A stretch of DNA of 41,095 nt, from positions 1 to 41,095 of IMG/VR virus record IMGVR_UViG_3300048630_000450; one strand, written 5' to 3'. Below are positions 8,791 to 20,100 of this stretch, one piece after another. The notes beneath the pieces are model-generated. The model saw only the letters and a list, made by a program, of their open reading frames with translations. It was not told the origin of the DNA and did no database searches. Each line of letters begins with the position of its first letter. The first letter of the stretch is position 1. Source of the stretch: a virus. Its lineage: Duplodnaviria; Caudoviricetes. A program made the position numbers and the translations under genes.

Positions 8791-11700
8791 CATGACGGCC
8801 CGCGCCCAGGCTGCAAGGGGCGGTAAGCCCCCTGCGCGCCAGTACCACGTTGCCGTACTGACTTCCGATGAAATTCTGGCACTCGAAAATGTCGTAGATG
8901 AGATTCGGGAACGGTGGGAGCGTGCACGCGCAACCGATGCGGGCAAGGACCTCGGTGGCGGTCATGTCATTATCCAGGAACTTGAAGACTCAACCTATGG
9001 AGCACTTGACGCGATACGGAAGCCGTTCTCGTTGCAGCCGGGCACCCGTACCGGAAAGGACCGCTACTACCAAAGCGGCAGGATGCAATTTGGCAACAGG
9101 AAGAGGGTCGACGACACCATTGACTTCTTGCAAGCGCTTAATGCCAGTCAAGACGAACCCTGGGACGATCTGTCTGACCTGATCGGCGTTTTGGAAGGCG
9201 TCCGCGACGGCGATAAGGGCAAATATGAATCACCAAACCTGTGGATTCGCGGCGGCCTGTCCTCCCGGCGGGACGACGACCTTCGTGAGATGACTCCCGA
9301 GGAAGAAGCAGAACTCGACCGTACAGGCAGAGTCGCGGGAGGCAGAGTCCAGCGGAGAATCCCTGGAGAAGAAGAACGTCGCAGACAGTACCGATACGGC
9401 TTTGGTTCTCGGCGCGATGGCGACCCAAGGGATCCAGATGACTGGAGAGAAATCGAAGAAGAACTCAGCAGGTTGAGGACACACCCTGGCGCTCCATCTG
9501 AGGAGAATCCGGGAGGGACACCAGAGTATTGGCGTCAGCCTTTGCCGGGTCGTGAGAACGACCCTGGTGGCCCTCAAACTCTTGGCGAGGAGAACATCGG
9601 ATTTCGTCGAGACAGCCTCAAAGGACCCAGCAGGTCGAGGACACAAGAGTATTGGAATCAGCCTTTGCCGGGTCGTGAGAATGACCCTGGTGGCCCTCAA
9701 ACTCTTGGCGAGGAGAACATCGGATTTCGTCGAGACGGCCTCCACTCCTCACGCGGCTCAAACGACCCATACGACCCACGCAATGATCCGCCTCCCATGG
9801 TTCGCCCGATGCGATCGGACGGAACTCCCGGGCCGGCCGAAGTCGATCCCGACTGGCTTGAACGCCACCCCGAAGGCGTCCAAGGCTGGCTAGATAAACA
9901 CGACCCAGACGACGGACCAGAGTCCCGGTACGCACAAGATCCCGACAACTGGCGTGAAACCCAAGCGGAAATCCGCGACATGATGGATCAGCGGATCGAA
10001 GAGTCACTCAACCGAATGACAAACGAGATGCGTGCGGAAGAGTTCACGAGGGGCACCGAACTCGAAGATGCGGCCAGACAAGCCCTGGATGACATCGAGT
10101 GGGGTCGCGAAGCGGGATTCCACTCGTATATCGATCGGCATGCGGCCTTCACTGAATTCGGCGACGCCGTCCTTGCCGACCTCGATCCGGTCATGCGGGA
10201 TCAGAAACTCAATGAAGCCATCTTCAATGACCGCATGACGCCAATGACCTTCGACGCGGTTGCCGATAAATACGACATGGATCGTGTCGAAATTCGGCGT
10301 CGTGAGCAGGAACACATGGACTTGCTGTCTGGTCAGGAAAGGTACGCCGCCCAACCGGATCTGAACCGGCGCATCTTTGAGGATCGCGTGGGCTTCCGTA
10401 TGACCATTGAAGAAGTCGCTGCGAAATATGACATAGATCGGGCCGAAGTTCGGATGCGTGAGATCACTCACGCCCATGGTCGTTCAAGTCAAGAAAAGTT
10501 TCATACTCAACCAAACCTGAATCGGCGTATCGCTGAGTCTCGCATGCGTGGAATGTCTCTGGACGAAGTGGCTGAACGATTCAACATGGATCCGGAAGAG
10601 GTCCGGTTCCGTGAAGTCACTTATCTGGGCACATCACCAGAAATGCTCCAATATGCCGAAGACGCCGAGCGCGACCCGGGCGGCACTGGTGGATTCCGTT
10701 CGGTGCGGACACCAGAGCGGGCAGGGGAAACCCTCACGCAAAGACTAGAGAGACTCGATCGGCAGCGAACGGAGGGAGGGGGCGAAGCGAGAGAAGCGTT
10801 GGAAGCGCCAGTAGTAGACCAAGCCAAAGCCACTGCTCTCAATCGCCAAATCGACACGGTGCGCGATCAGAAGATCAAGCCTCTCTTTAAGCGAATCGCT
10901 GCGGCTCAAGAGGCAGGCGACGACAAGGCCATTCACAATCTTCGGAAGCAGGTTCGACCCCACCAGGAAGAAGAAGCAGAACTTCGTGAACAACTCGGCG
11001 AGGCAATGGGCAAGGGCCGTGTCAGCAAGTTTGGCTACCGTTCTAGTCGGACAACGGATGACTGGGATGCGGACTGGCAGGAAGCCCGCGAAGAGGCCGA
11101 AACTGAGATCACGGAACTTGCCGAGAAGATAGGGATAGAACGCGGCAAGAAGAAGCCCAACAAAAAGAAGATCAACGAACTCGCCCAGCAGCAGTTGGCT
11201 GTTATCGAAAAGGCCCGCGAACGCGGTCTACGGGCACCTACCGATGGGGCACCGTGGTCGGATCCTGACAGGAGTGCAGCGCGAAGAATAGCCAGTCAGC
11301 GCTTCTGGAGTCAGGGTGGAGAGATAACCGATACGGAACGACGCTCCATCGATCGTGGCGGATTGCAGTCACAACGTGAACCGTCTCGCGCCCGCACGCG
11401 TGCTGCGACAACGCAACGTGCTGCCCGTCCACTCGGTTTGGCCTCCAGACGCGGTGACGACGCCGACCAAAAAATGATGACTCTTCCAACCCTCTACCGT
11501 GAGGACAGTCCACGGCAAGCCGGCACGGCCGACGGAGAGATTTGGGATTCGCTCACTGATGACGCTGGGGTAATGCCCCCGGCGCATGCTAAAGCCATTG
11601 AGGACGCAGCCGACCAACTCGAAATAGAACTGATGTCTGGCCGGCCAAACATCTCTCCCAGGGCTAATAGTTTCGAAAGTGGTCTCGCTGGCGGAAATGC

Positions 11701-13792
11701 AAACCAACATATAACTTACGAAGAGTTGTTCGAAGTTGCCGTTAGAAAAGAGATGATCAGATCCGGGCATATTGGCAAGGATGATCCAACCCCGCCGGTA
11801 ACCGAGTGGAGATTAGAGCAGATAGGTAGGGGCGAGAACACGGGTGTGCGGACCTTCGAACAGGCCTTCCAAGTCCAGTTGCTTGAAACCACCGGCACTG
11901 TTGGTCAGCGCATCACTACCAAGAGGAAACTGTTGGATTCTCTGCAGGTTCTTCAACAGATGCGCAGAAGTGGAAACTATGAGGCATTAGAACATCTCCA
12001 CCCCGATGCCCGCAGACGGCTTCTGGATATCGCGCGATCCAAGGACCAGACCTTCCCCGAAAAAGTCAAGGGTGTTTCAAAAACTGGTGGCAAAAAGTCA
12101 ACGATTTGGGGTGCCATCGCCGGCCACGACAGCATGGACGAGTACAAGAAGCACGTCAAACGCCGGAGTAGGAAATTCGGGCAAAAGTTGCCCGAGGGTG
12201 AAGAGAAGCCACCGATACGGGAGCGAATCGGAACAGCCATTCTGTCTCCCGGCGTGCCTGCTGCTTATATACGCAGGCAACAGTTGGCCGCCCAGCGGCG
12301 TGCAGCCCAAGCCGGAGGTGCCGGTACGGGGGGCGTTGGACCGGTGAAGCAGACCGTCACGCCTTGGAAGAAGAAACTAAGCCCGCTCGAACAACTGGAA
12401 CTCAAGAGAGCCAAGAAGAAGGCGAAGAAACTCGGCAGGCTTAATCGCGATCAGCGGCTGGGCAGGATTCGCGAGAACCGGACCAGTGGAACCCGTGACG
12501 TTGACAAGCCGCTCGGTGGTGCCGCCGCCACAACATACTTCGCCGGCACCCCCGACGACCTGCAGCAATGGGAGAAAGTCGAAGGCGCTCTAGTCGTTGA
12601 CAGCACCTTCATCGATCGACTGGCACGCCTCACCAGAGTCAGGCGCGGGACAGCAACTGGGAAGGACGCAGCGAAGAAACGGGTGAAAGGCAAGGAGGGG
12701 AGGGCGCGCCAAGACATTATTGACGCTTCCTGGTTCCACGCCGGACATAGTGGTCTCCCGGAAATGGTTGGTCCCGAAGAAATCCAAGACGTGGTATTCG
12801 AACCCGATCCGGACTATCCGGGAAGGTTCAAACTTCGTGAGGGATTCAAGCCCATATTGCGTGGCCTGGGTAGGGAAAAGGACGGCGATAAGAGGGAAGG
12901 CGATGTCTACTGGGAGCAGTGGGTGCGTCTCATTTCACGCTTCGTTGGCGGCGATATCGGCGGAGGGGCCGAGGTGCATGGTGCTGGGGAAAATAACGCA
13001 GAGCCGCCCGTCCGTGTACGTCTACCCAATGGTGAGTTATCGAAAGACCCAGTGTCGAAGGGATTCATGTTCGGCGGCTACGGGTCAGGAACCCTGTCAT
13101 TTATTACGCCTGAAACCAGACTCGTTGGATGGGGCAAACTTGCCGAGATCAACGACGAAGCCGAATCGATCGTCGGGGTTCTTAGTGGAGCAGGGCTTAT
13201 CGACACCGAGGCCCCCACTTCAATCAAGCACGATGGAGACAACTTTTCTGCTGCAGTTCGGGCAGCCCTTGACGCAGCAGAAAAGACTGGAGATGGACGC
13301 CTGCAGGTCAAAGGTCGAGCCGACCACCGGGAACCTCGAGACCCCAACAACCCATCAAAGATTTTGCCCACCGGTTCCGGTTTCGGTATCGGCGGTTCGA
13401 CAGGCTCAACAAAGCCCATGGCAGCCAGTTGGAGGGATACGGAATTCGGATCGATAGTCGATCAGGTTCTAGATTTGCATGATTCCGGAGACCTTGATCC
13501 GACACAGTTGGAAGCGGCTTGGGACTTCTTAGGGAAACTGCCAGCATCGGTTCAAAGGTCAGGCTCCAGGGAAGACCATTTCCTTTTCGATACTCTGCCG
13601 TTCTACGGATACGATGCAGTTCAGCGGCATGGCGGCGTGATCAGCCTTTCTAACCGAGCCTCGGTGATGGTGCTAGACCATCCGGTTACGGGTGAAGAAG
13701 TCACTGAGATAATTGAGACGTTGGCCAAAGAGGGGAAACTGGATCAGGCTCGCCTCAGAGAACTAATTCCAGCGTATGGAGATTTCCACTAA
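8615..13792 (+). CDS. Polyvalent protein 2, C-terminal part (1725 aa): triple sigma-4-like HTH and C-terminal ART-like domain
   Basis: Same frame as 6353-8593 with only TAG 8591-8593 in between. Seven G[LFY]xSxR linkers. Three HTH repeats at 10208-10630. GLPEMV..ILRG..G.G..GYDAV..SNRASVMV at ~12731-13680. Confidence 0.8.
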   Translation: MARLYPEQSPEDHAPSQRVLSREEAIEELRRRAMISRILPGGGGIAELRKRTSEKYRSDMTARAQAARGGKPPARQYHVAVLTSDEILALENVVDEIRERWERARATDAGKDLGGGHVIIQELEDSTYGALDAIRKPFSLQPGTRTGKDRYYQSGRMQFGNRKRVDDTIDFLQALNASQDEPWDDLSDLIGVLEGVRDGDKGKYESPNLWIRGGLSSRRDDDLREMTPEEEAELDRTGRVAGGRVQRRIPGEEERRRQYRYGFGSRRDGDPRDPDDWREIEEELSRLRTHPGAPSEENPGGTPEYWRQPLPGRENDPGGPQTLGEENIGFRRDSLKGPSRSRTQEYWNQPLPGRENDPGGPQTLGEENIGFRRDGLHSSRGSNDPYDPRNDPPPMVRPMRSDGTPGPAEVDPDWLERHPEGVQGWLDKHDPDDGPESRYAQDPDNWRETQAEIRDMMDQRIEESLNRMTNEMRAEEFTRGTELEDAARQALDDIEWGREAGFHSYIDRHAAFTEFGDAVLADLDPVMRDQKLNEAIFNDRMTPMTFDAVADKYDMDRVEIRRREQEHMDLLSGQERYAAQPDLNRRIFEDRVGFRMTIEEVAAKYDIDRAEVRMREITHAHGRSSQEKFHTQPNLNRRIAESRMRGMSLDEVAERFNMDPEEVRFREVTYLGTSPEMLQYAEDAERDPGGTGGFRSVRTPERAGETLTQRLERLDRQRTEGGGEAREALEAPVVDQAKATALNRQIDTVRDQKIKPLFKRIAAAQEAGDDKAIHNLRKQVRPHQEEEAELREQLGEAMGKGRVSKFGYRSSRTTDDWDADWQEAREEAETEITELAEKIGIERGKKKPNKKKINELAQQQLAVIEKARERGLRAPTDGAPWSDPDRSAARRIASQRFWSQGGEITDTERRSIDRGGLQSQREPSRARTRAATTQRAARPLGLASRRGDDADQKMMTLPTLYREDSPRQAGTADGEIWDSLTDDAGVMPPAHAKAIEDAADQLEIELMSGRPNISPRANSFESGLAGGNANQHITYEELFEVAVRKEMIRSGHIGKDDPTPPVTEWRLEQIGRGENTGVRTFEQAFQVQLLETTGTVGQRITTKRKLLDSLQVLQQMRRSGNYEALEHLHPDARRRLLDIARSKDQTFPEKVKGVSKTGGKKSTIWGAIAGHDSMDEYKKHVKRRSRKFGQKLPEGEEKPPIRERIGTAILSPGVPAAYIRRQQLAAQRRAAQAGGAGTGGVGPVKQTVTPWKKKLSPLEQLELKRAKKKAKKLGRLNRDQRLGRIRENRTSGTRDVDKPLGGAAATTYFAGTPDDLQQWEKVEGALVVDSTFIDRLARLTRVRRGTATGKDAAKKRVKGKEGRARQDIIDASWFHAGHSGLPEMVGPEEIQDVVFEPDPDYPGRFKLREGFKPILRGLGREKDGDKREGDVYWEQWVRLISRFVGGDIGGGAEVHGAGENNAEPPVRVRLPNGELSKDPVSKGFMFGGYGSGTLSFITPETRLVGWGKLAEINDEAESIVGVLSGAGLIDTEAPTSIKHDGDNFSAAVRAALDAAEKTGDGRLQVKGRADHREPRDPNNPSKILPTGSGFGIGGSTGSTKPMAASWRDTEFGSIVDQVLDLHDSGDLDPTQLEAAWDFLGKLPASVQRSGSREDHFLFDTLPFYGYDAVQRHGGVISLSNRASVMVLDHPVTGEEVTEIIETLAKEGKLDQARLRELIPAYGDFH
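9523..9742 (+). repeat. Intragenic direct repeat, 2 x 97 nt, period 123 nt
   Basis: 9523-9619 vs 9646-9742 with 4 mismatches; encodes EYWxQPLPGRENDPGGPQTLGEENIGFRRD twice. Confidence 0.95.
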
Positions 13793-14100
13793 TGGGATAC
13801 AAACTAGGTAGTTCCCCTGAAGAGAGAGAAGCGCACGCCGCTCGTATGGGCGAACTCGCCGAAACCCATCAGGAACTGTCACTTCTGGTCGACTACCCAC
13901 CCTTCTCCATCAATCCGAAAGAACAAAACAACTTCGTTGAAGACTTCACCCTCGGCATCGACGAAGACGAAGACGACCCATTCGCTGAAGTGATGCAAAA
14001 GTGGGCCGAAGAGATCGAAGAGGCTCGCATGTATCAGAAGCGATACCCGGACGATTCAGAGGCTGCTACACAGGCTGCTGCCAAAATCCAAGGCGACTAG
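13792..14100 (+). CDS. Small acidic hypothetical protein (102 aa), possible partner or immunity protein
   Basis: TAATG coupling to the ART-like C-terminus of the upstream giant ORF. Confidence 0.75.
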   Translation: MGYKLGSSPEEREAHAARMGELAETHQELSLLVDYPPFSINPKEQNNFVEDFTLGIDEDEDDPFAEVMQKWAEEIEEARMYQKRYPDDSEAATQAAAKIQGD

Positions 14101-14105
14101 TCGCG

Positions 14106-17100
14106 ATGGCGACGAGTACCGATCTGGTGGCATCTAGGGCAGCCGCCCTACGCCTCGCCCAGCAAATGGGCTGCTCTGGCGCGCACCAACACCCCGACGG
14201 GAAGTGGATGCCGTGCGCAACCATGGAGGAATACGAGGAACTTGTCAAAAAAGACAAGAAAAACACCGTTCGGGTTGTTGAACAGCGTCGCCGATACCGC
14301 AATTCCAAGGGAAAAAACAAACGAGACTGGGAACCTCTCGCTGAACGGGGCGTAACTTCCATCGACACGATCGCAGGTGGCGGTCTTATCGGCGGTTCAG
14401 TCAAGGCTGCACCTTGGGCTCCGGACGAGGAAGACCCGGATGTGTTCACAACTCCCCGGTTGGCTCGTCGGCGAGCCCGTCAGTTGGGATGCATCGGTGT
14501 TTCTAGGCGTGTGTCCCGCAGCGGGAACATTGTTTGGACGCCATGCAGCAACATGACGGATTATGCAAAGCGCACTGGATCAACGGCGTTCGGTCGTAAT
14601 TTCCAGCGTCGTCGGGCACGGCGCACGTTGGAGCGCGCAGTTGCCCGTGAAGTCCGCCGGCAGTTGCGTCGGAAAAAGTCGTTGATGGAGACGCTGTATG
14701 AGGGGAAGGCTCTCGGCAGGAAACTCAACCGTGCTCGTGTCGCCGCAACAACCCCCTTCAATCGAGATGCACGGGACGCCGACATGGACATGCTGGTTCA
14801 GGAGGGAACCGTATGGGAGCGCCCGGCTACTCCACGAGTCCCGGATCTGCCACGAGTCCCAGGTCTGCGTTCCCGACGAAGCACTGGCCGACGGCATACA
14901 GAACGACGGATTGCGCCACGAATCGATCCTGCGCAGATTCCGAAGAATGTTCCTGGAGACGAGAATTTCTGGGATAACCATCGTCTCATGGAACGCTTGA
15001 CTGAACTAGCGGGTTATGCGCAGATGCAGAAGTTGCGTCGTGCAAATCCGGATGAGAAATTGTATCGGTTGGCCAGGCAGGTCGAACCCCTACTGGGAAT
15101 TGATCCCGTTACGGGCAGCAGGGTGGGCGAGCGCGGCGTCCCTGATGGGGACTTCGAAGTCCGCCCCATCCACCGCTATGACGGCGCAAGGCGTTTCCGT
15201 TGGGGTAACAATTCTGAAATTCCTACCGAAATGGAACATTTGCCGAACGAGGTTCTTGATCGGATTTCGAGAGATGCTTTGGCGGAATTTGATCGTCGTC
15301 AAGAAACCGAACGGCTGCGTCTCCTGGAGCGTGGCGAAGAATTCGAGCCCGAATGGTACGTCCGAGGCCTTGCTTCTCGCCGATCCGAGGGTCTTACTGC
15401 AGGTCCTGTAGGTCCAACGGAACAGGAGCGAAGTGGCCGGCGGCGTGCGGAACGAGGGGCGGATCGGGCACAGCGACGACGCGATATAAGAGATCGGCAT
15501 GAGTTCGAAATGGACATGGCGGACCCGCGTGTCAATCCTCGGGTGACTGAGACAGAGATCGACGAGATGGCCGAGTATTACGAGTTCGCCGAGGCGACCG
15601 GCGGATTCCAATCGGTACGAGGCTTCAAACTCACTCCCGAAGAAGACCGCGATCTGTCGGATACGGAGAAGGCCGCGAAATACCGTAAAGCAACCTTGGA
15701 TGCTGTTGGTGAAGAGCATCGCGGCAAGCCTGTACAGCGAGTTCATTGGGTTTATGGCGCACCGGGATCAGGGAAAACTGCAAGAACCAGCCTGGGACAC
15801 CTTCTAGTTCCGGACGCGAGTGAAGCCGCTCATACCAATCCGGACGATTACAAGAGATTTCATAAACGATGGAACTTCGGCGAGGGCTCTGGAGAGTCGC
15901 ACCAGTTCTCCAGAAGAGAGTCGGAACGGACCTTGAGCGAAGCCCTAGATAAGGGTATGGACGTTGTTGTTCAGGGAACCGGCAAGGACGGGCGTCTGAT
16001 GAACACCGCGCTTTTCCCGGATAGTGATTACAGAAAGGGTCGAAGAGGCGACACGGCTTCAGTAATGCACTATCTTCACGTTCCCGACGATGAACGTTCC
16101 CGCAGAATCGCTGATCGTCGCACCAACCAGAGGCGCAGGTATGGGGCCGAACCCGAAGATGCCATGAATGTTCTTGATCAGGTCGTGAAGTATATCGAAG
16201 AAGGTCGTGTAGATGAAGCCCATATATACGACAACAGTGGATCCATAGACGAAACACCCCCTCTGGTGGCTACTTTCAAGGATGGGAACCTTGTTATATA
16301 CGATGAAGACAAGTTCAATGAAATCTTCGATCCTAAAGACCCCGACGGACGACCGACAGTATTCCGAGGGAGGGTCGCCGACCGACCGCAGGTGACTGCT
16401 TATTCTAAAAGTGACGATCCCCGTAGGGGCAAAACGTATGCCGAGAGGCTCAGGGAAGAAGGCGAGAATCCTGGGGGCTTCAGGAAATGGGACGAAGCGC
16501 GACGAGAGAAAGCCATTCGAGAGCGCAAACAACTTGAAGTCGGAAGAGCATCTGGTGATACGGCTTCCTATCGAGGAATGCACACCGCCCCCACCAAGAG
16601 CGAGGAGGGTGGCGACACTCTCGACAACCTGACGAACATGCTCCCCCTTCGGGAAGGGGAAAGCAACAGGATCAGGGTTCGCGTCTACGGCTCGAGCGGT
16701 AGCGACCCCGAATACAGAAGAGCAAACGACGAAATGGAGGCAGTGTTTGACGCTGTCACAGGTAAACCCGATGAGATGATCACGGTCTACAGGGCGCTCC
16801 CCTCCAGCAGGGACGCCTCTGAGAACGACCAAATAAATCCCGGCGACTGGGTTTCACCCTCCCCGACGTATGCCGCGATTCACGGTGAAGGGCCGCTGCG
16901 TGGGGAATACGACATCGTTGAGGCGCGGGTCCGGGCCGGTGACCTGGTTTCCGAAGGCAACTCCCTGTACGAGTTCGGCTGGGACCCGGAGCCAGACCCG
17001 GTACGTCTTTCCTACTACACCGCCCTAGATGGTTTAACGGAAGAGGAGGCTGAGGCTGTTGTTGATCTCCTAGGACGGGGTTTCCGCTCTCGCAGGGACC

Positions 17101-20100
17101 TCGACGTTCTCAACTCAAAGGACTCCCAGAGCATAGAGAGGCGCGGCGGGAAGACCACTTCGAAGACCCTGAAAAAGGGCAACGACGACTACGACAGAAT
17201 GGTGAAGGTTGGGTATGTCTTTGAACCGATCACCGGCGCCAGAGGACATTCGGGAGGCGTATTTCCTCCAGACCGGGTATTGGGTTCGATCAGGGGATGG
17301 GCTCTCGAACAGGGTCTCCGAGGAGCGGGCCTGGAACCGCATCCTCGCACCCCCCTCGACGGCACAGTCTTGCCTCCCTTCATGCCGGAAGAAGTTGTCG
17401 AAAAGGTTATTGAGAAAATTTACAGGAATCACTATGACCAGATTGGAGACCAACACAAGATAAAGCGAGAGGGATTTGACAGTTTCGTAAAGGAACTCGA
17501 AGCCCGCCAGTTGCAAAGAACTGTGGAGGCAGGAGAGGACACCATCGATTGGGATGCCATGGTCCCGTTGAAGCCTGACGACATCGTCCTGATCAACGAT
17601 GAACACTGGGAAGCCATTACTGAGGTACTAAAAGATTATGGCATAACCCCTGATCTCGATTACATGCAGGAATATGGCCAACGCAACAACAATCCTTCTG
17701 CTGTTAAGGCCGGCGGCAAAGATGACGCCCATCATGGCACTCTGAGGTGGCTGCGCGGACACCTCGTAGGTCCTCCGGGCGGTGTTTTCCGTGACGAGAG
17801 AGATGCTGACAATAAGCCCATACGAACAGTGATCGACACCAAGATCATCGATGAAGACATGAAACGCATTGCAGACGGCGAGCCAGGCTGGCTCGGAGCC
17901 GTCCCGCCGTCCAGTCAGACTAAAGGGGCACGCCTGAACGACTACACCAAATCGGGATACGAACGAAACAGGGACGACCCCCGAGGACCACGGATGCTTT
18001 ACTCCTTCGGCCAAGGAGATGTGGACGGCGTGGAGCACTGGGCTGGTCGGGTTCTACAAACAGATCAACAGAAGAAACTGAATGCGATTCTGGAAGACCT
18101 GGTTGTCCTGGCTGAGATGTTTGATGAAGCCGGCATGAGCAGCCCTGCAACTCAGGACCTCCTCGACAGGATCACAGGTGAAACGAAAAAGGCACTCAAT
18201 CAGTCGCACGAAGGCCCTCTCTCTGAAGAGCGGATAAAGCAAATCGACGACGCCGTGGCCGAGGCGCTGGCGGCCACCTACCAGGACGATGACAGCGGCG
18301 GTGGCGGCGGTAGCGGCGGCCTCGCGAGTCGGCGAGATGACGACGGTGAAAGCCTCCAAGATGCTTATCGCCGCCACCTGAAAGCCAAAGGAATTCAGAC
18401 CGACGGTGAGCGGGCATTCGAAGAACAGTACGGGTACGAACTGCGCTCCGGCGACGGTGATTGTTATTCCGCCGCGTATCGCGCTGCTACAGAACTTGTA
18501 GAAAAGGGCGTGGACGCAGACGGCGATCCTGTAACCAATGTCCGGGTTGTTGTCGGCTCACCAGTATTCCCAAAGGTGGGGGAGCGATCCGGGCACGCCT
18601 GGGTTGAGTACGACGCAGTCAAACCTCCTCCTCCGTTGATGAGTTCAGCCGATCGGGACCATGCCAAAGAGCAAATCCTTGCGTTGGTCGAAGACATGGA
18701 TCTGCCGCCTGGACGGAAACAGGAAACAATCGACTCCTTCCTGGATGCAATCGATAGGGCAAACGAAGCCAACGCTGCAGCGCCAGTGCGTGACGTAACC
18801 ATGGTTCGCGATTACGCCAGTGTTAGAGACGGCGACGATATTTTGGAGTTCGACGACATGGATCGCGGACGACTTGAGGCGTTGAAACCCGACATGGCCC
18901 GGGACGTGTACTACAGGGCGGGCGAAATGGAAGAGGTGGATATCGCCGGACGCTTCTCTCCTGCCGAGTACGAGGAAACGCAGGTGGGCTTGTTCGGTAG
19001 CGACTTTTACGATGGCGACGCCACGTTCCTTACACGGGAGCAGGTCGACCAGCATCTGGAAGACATGGGGATCGATGGGGGGCTTGAGTCCAAGAGAACC
19101 GACGACGCAGATGCAGAGGATGCGCGACTCCACGATGAAGCGATAGAGCAGTTGCGTGAGATATTCGTCGAAGCGGGAAGTGAGCAGGGATGGCAGACCC
19201 TGGATGACCTTGCTTACGAGATGCGCCGTTCACCTCGTGGAATGATGATGGGAGGGCGCAGCAGGCCAATCAATCCCGAGAACCTGGAAGCCATACGAGA
19301 ACTCGTCGAGGAACGAGACCCCGAATTCATGGGAGACCTCGTTGAAAGCCAGCGGATTAGAGAAACTAACGAGGGATACAGGCGGCTAACAGAATCTGGT
19401 CTTGATTCTGGCGTGGGAGTTCATGACCGGGAAACCACAACCAGTGTTCGCGGCTTGTTCGATGGACATGTCAAAGACGGTGATCCCATCATCTTGTACC
19501 ACGGCGGCCCTGTTGATCTGACCGGGGACGTTGATTATGAAGTCAGCCGTAACGACTCGGGCCAGTGGGGACCGGGTATCTACACGACTGCCAGTGCGTT
19601 CCCGGCAATCAAAGGATGGGCTAATCCTTGGCAACGCAATGCCGAGGGCGGATACGACACCGTCGATCCCGGATATTTGCATACAACAAGGTGGAAGGGC
19701 GAAAACCCGCCTCGGATATTGGACGTTATGGATCCAATCCCAGACGATGTCCTCGATGAAGTTGTGCTCCCCACCATCGACATACTGGGGAAAGAGGTCG
19801 CAGATGCCATGACCGCCAGAGCAACCAAGCCTCGGGTTCGCTCTGACGGGAGTTTTACAGGCGGAGGCTGGAAACCGGAGTATGCCTGGGTTGCGGAAGA
19901 ACTGGACGAACTTCGTGAAGATATCGAGCGCAAGCGCGATGGTCTTTCTGGTGGCAGGGATGCTTTGACTGGCAGCGAGACTCTGTTGCAACTGCAAACA
20001 TTCCTGCAAACAAATGAAGTAGGAAGAGAGCATGGGGGAGAAGGATGGAATGACGATGGATTCATTCCTTCAGACCGGGTAAAAGCCATTCGCGACCAGA

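Noticed and set aside
14001-14105. GTG 14001 as the start of the giant ORF
   Set aside because: It overlaps the 102-aa gene by 100 nt. ATG 14106 follows that gene's stop and directly precedes the first motif.
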